Source: Setoptus koraiensis
Taxonomy: Eukaryota; Animalia; Arthropoda
Assembly (NCBI GenBank): GCA_048013815.1
Contig: CM106586.1
Coordinates: 13,454,001-13,518,000, forward strand
Direction of reading: 5' to 3'
Length of the DNA: 64,000 bases
The translations under genes were made by a program, and so were the position numbers. Below the pieces are notes generated by a model, which saw nothing but the letters and a program-made list of their open reading frames with translations, was not told the DNA's origin and made no database searches. How positions within the stretch are numbered: the first letter of the stretch is position 1; each line of letters begins with the position of its first letter. This document shows, piece after piece, positions 60,301-64,000 of this stretch.

Positions 60301-61814
60301 ACTATCATCAACATTATTTGATGATGCCGCAAACAATGACAGATCACCGTTGCGCTTGATGTTGTTGTTGTTGATAGTACCTATGGGGTTGCCATTGTTG
60401 ACCACGCTATTATAGTCTCCATTCTTAGTTTCTACCGGAATCGATTGGCCATGATTGATAAAAGCACCCTGTTGGTTAAGGTCAGCATATATCTTATCAT
60501 CGGAGCTTGTTGTTAAATGCATTGACGACGCATCACGATGATTGGGTGCATGTTTCTTATTCATGAGATGCCTATTCTGATAGTGTGCATCTGCGGTCAC
60601 AGCACCGGCAGAAGTGGCAGCAGTTACCGAGTCATTCCTATTTATGTTGTTGGCCGCACTATCCTGAGGTATGGCCACTCTTTGACGATTGGAATTGTGG
60701 TCTTGAATTTTGTATTGATGCTGATGGTGATTGTGATTGTTGTTGTGTTGGTTACTTAACATTTGATCTACATGTATATCACTGGCGTACGGTGTCACCA
60801 TTGGCCTGGTAACCTGTGATGACTGTCGATTCTGTTGTTGGTCAAGACTGTGTTGCTGTTGTTGCGAAGCAATCAAATGAGATGCTTGATTCGGCTTGCT
60901 TGCAGAGTTATCGCTACCTAACCAATCATTATCATTATTATTATTAGCAGGCATCATTATAGGCAGATGTCGTGGACCATTAGATGATGTCATAGTGGAC
61001 GATGATTGATTTGAAGTTGATTGTTGCTGATCATTGCCACCGATTAGAATAAATTGCTGCTGCTGTTGTGGTAGTGATTGTTGCTGCTGTTGTGGTAGTG
61101 ATTGTTGCTGCTGTTGTTGATTATTGCCACTGGCGAGTTGTTTTGCTGTTTGTGACGATTGTATTGCGCTGCTATTGAACCTTAGCGCTGCTGATAATAG
61201 AGGATTATTGTGGTGTTGCGTAGCACCTACTAAATTGCTTGGACCAGTGAGCGTGCTCGAGAATTTTTGATGATATTTTGGCTGAGATCCAGTTGCTGGC
61301 TTGAGCTCCATGAGAATCTAACATTGAGAGTCAATTATGTTGTGAGCGGATATTTATGGTTGGATAATTGAATAAAATGGATTGTTGGAAAAGTTAAGAA
61401 AATAATTGCTAGAAAATAGGCGAATAGTCATCGTATGCAGCGACTGGAACGGGTGCGAATCGCAAATGAAAATGGACGGTCTTCGTGATTCGTCGATATT
61501 ATCAATAATCGATTAAATAGATCGACAATGCACGCTTTCTGTTGCAACTTGTTATACGATGGGCATTCTGTGGCCGTTGTATAACAAAAAAGCGCGCTCT
61601 CGTTAGCAATAGTGGACGCATCTCTGAACAATTCGCCTTAAAATCGAACTGAAAACTTTGAGTGCGCGCCAAATTTGATCTTGATTAAATTGAAAAACTA
61701 ATTGATTAAAATATTTAAAAAAAAACTCACCTGTAATGCAATTGTTGCAGCGAACAACAAGTGGTGGCTCCTCATCTTACTGCTGAATATTTTGACTTTT
61801 CTTATATGATTCAT
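54391..61814 (-). CDS. ZP-domain (cuticlin-like) apical extracellular matrix transmembrane protein, ~1563 aa
   Basis: Exons 61814-61731, 61317-57751, 57040-56898, 56635-56535, 56196-56128, 56024-55946, 55129-54967, 54876-54391 (4692 nt, all phases consistent). Signal peptide; ZP-N (ECS...FNGTFKGIIYSSGY..DP.C.YVNG.G...LNQCGT; WDEHFRVSCEYGSDFWKTV); ZP-C (VGDPLTL, NCIAHNG, LIDSNGC, AFRFTGTP.LYLECEIHMC); furin site RRLSKR; TM helix. Confidence 0.9.
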
Positions 61815-64000
61815 TATTGTTTTGTCGACGATACTGTTGCGACGGACGTAATCAACGAGTGAGTGTTGATTTAGTCACCTAACAATCTTTATCAATTTAT
61901 GCTTCAATTTTCCGTTGTATGTGTTCGAGCAACTGTTTCAGTAATGTCAGGATGTACTTTGTTTTGATTTGCTTTGTTTTGCTTTGTTTTGTTTCTTTGC
62001 GTCTTGCTGAAGTAAAAAAGTGTTGAGGCACGGAATGCCTAAAACAACGATGAAAAATTATGAGAAAAAACAATGATGATGACAGTGTGTTGAAAACTTT
62101 TTGCTTTGTTTGAGAATTGCTTCCTCTGTGCTCATACACAAATAGAGCGGTGTGTGGTAGGTATATATATCAACAAATGCTTCTGTCAATTGTATGACGG
62201 CTGACTGTGAATATGTCAAAATTGATAATCAAGATTGCTGCCGCTGCTGTTGATGTTGATGTTGTTAGAACTGTGCGATTGATGCTATAGATTTGTAAGG
62301 TGTCATAGAATTGTGATGAATTGCGGAAAACTTCAATTCAGCCACCTTGACTGATGTCTGTCGAATAAATGATGACCACCGAATGTTAGTTGTGTTCGGT
62401 CGACCCCCCTCTATCGTTTGCTAGTTACCTTCGAGTAACTTCTATCTCGCTCCGTCTCTCTGTCTCTCTCTTTGTCGCTATTCCAGACGGTCGGCGTGTC
62501 CGAGTAGCAGTTTGAGCGGCGCGAATGAGCTTGCCGAGGAACAGGGAATTGTTAGAATGTGTGTAAACTTCGTGTGATCTGTTTTCCTTTTGTGATACTG
62601 CTATACTACTAGCTGGCTCATCATATCATTCGAGCGACAACCTTCAAGCTATTCGGCATCACTCAATAGTGGACTCTGGTGTATATGTTATGCTATGTAG
62701 TGGCTATGATGATGAATTTCCTATACACAACAGGAGCATGTCTATTTTGAGGCAACGGCGGCACATCGAGTCAGAGTTTGTCGAGCGAAGACAGCTCACT
62801 GCTAGTACTGCTATGACTGCTCCAGCAACGACAACAACACACCCACCACTGCTAATACTACTGTTACGTCGTCGGCTACTGACCGTGGTGTTAGTGGTCA
62901 TTTTGTTCACCCTTTGTTAGTGTGTGCAAAACCATTCGGTGTTAACTTCTTCTTCCTTTGCGCACACAGGATAAGAGCGCTCACTGTCTGGCTCGTTGCC
63001 GTCTAGCCACCTCGCTACCTGGTTGGCTGCCTAGCTAGCTCGATGCTAGCTATTTCGCGTATCGTTGATGCTAAGCTAACTAACGCCAATGATGATTTGA
63101 TTTTTTTTATACACTTCTGTGTTTTGTCGCAACACACATGTGATATAACAAATTCGACAAACTCAGCGGTATACACACTAACACATGCAGAAACACATAG
63201 AAACACAGTCAGGGAGAACCATTGGGAGTCATGATTACAGATCTTGTGTGTGATAGTTGTTAATCAAGGCCTACCTATGTCAGACATGACACCTTATTGG
63301 GCGCATACATAAGTTAACAACAACAATGGACATGAGTTGCCTCCAGAGAGTAGAAGTGATCAAGCTTGGATGATCACGATAAAACGTTTTTCCAGACGTT
63401 TTTCCCACTGGATGGCAGCCGCAATTTTACACAAATACACACACACACACACACACACACATGAGCACCTGAGCACATAAAGTGACCAAATTGTACGTGT
63501 CCGACACCATAGCATGTTTAGTTAGACACATTGAAGATGAACGAACTCTCTCACTTGAGTCGCCTTGTTACAGTAATCCAGAAAAGGTGCACAATAGTAA
63601 TTTACAGTGTCATTGTGTGATGAGCTGATATTCAATGATATAATCCGTCTGAACTTCTGAGACCAACATGATCAGATCAGATTATTTGTGATGAGCTGAG
63701 AATTCGTCATCTCCTCTCAATGCCTCTCGTTGGGTTGGATTTGATTGGGTCGGATCCGCTCCGCTCCGATCCGGTGCAATCATCTGGTAACCTTTTTGAA
63801 TTAGTTTTCATCTTGGCTCTGTTAACCATTTAGCTCAACTAACACAGCGCCACTATCTAATATAGTGTGTTGGAGGCAATCTCATTCATAGTCAAATGGA
63901 GGCTATTTTACAATTTAGCCAACCACCTCTCTGGACCACTCAGATGGTCATGATTTATTCTATGGTGATGCTGTTACTGCCAATGAGAGACGCTAACAAT

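Overview
Eukaryotic, gene-dense, intron-poor window. Introns are short GT-AG, many housekeeping genes are intronless, and there are (GA)n/(CA)n microsatellites, an arginine kinase and a gustatory receptor. This is consistent with a compact arthropod genome, possibly an acariform/eriophyoid mite (inference). Genes resolved by hand splicing: a class B (secretin-family) GPCR, three MKK7/hemipterous paralogues, PPWD1, ATG12, a GPKOW-like remnant, arginine kinase, an acid-lipase-family protein, a gustatory receptor, TRMT12/TYW2, Rap2, RNASEH2B, MED17, a large ZP-domain protein, and several orphan ORFs. Two regions stand out. (1) At about 39.9-40.6 kb a ~59% GC island folds into a chain of near-perfect hairpins. 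It ends in a G-flanked TATATAA, T-tracts and a stem-loop carrying the CRESS-DNA rolling-circle nonanucleotide TAGTATTAC, next to a TA-flanked pogo/Tigger deletion derivative. It is a candidate endogenised ssDNA satellite/minicircle or an unknown Pol III RNA. (2) At 11.3-21.1 kb a duplication/inversion mosaic has produced two N-terminally truncated, promoter-swapped MKK7 kinases, pseudogene fragments of four neighbouring genes, and two potential antisense/hairpin sources against the new kinases. All coordinates and counts were derived by eye; no database search was run.
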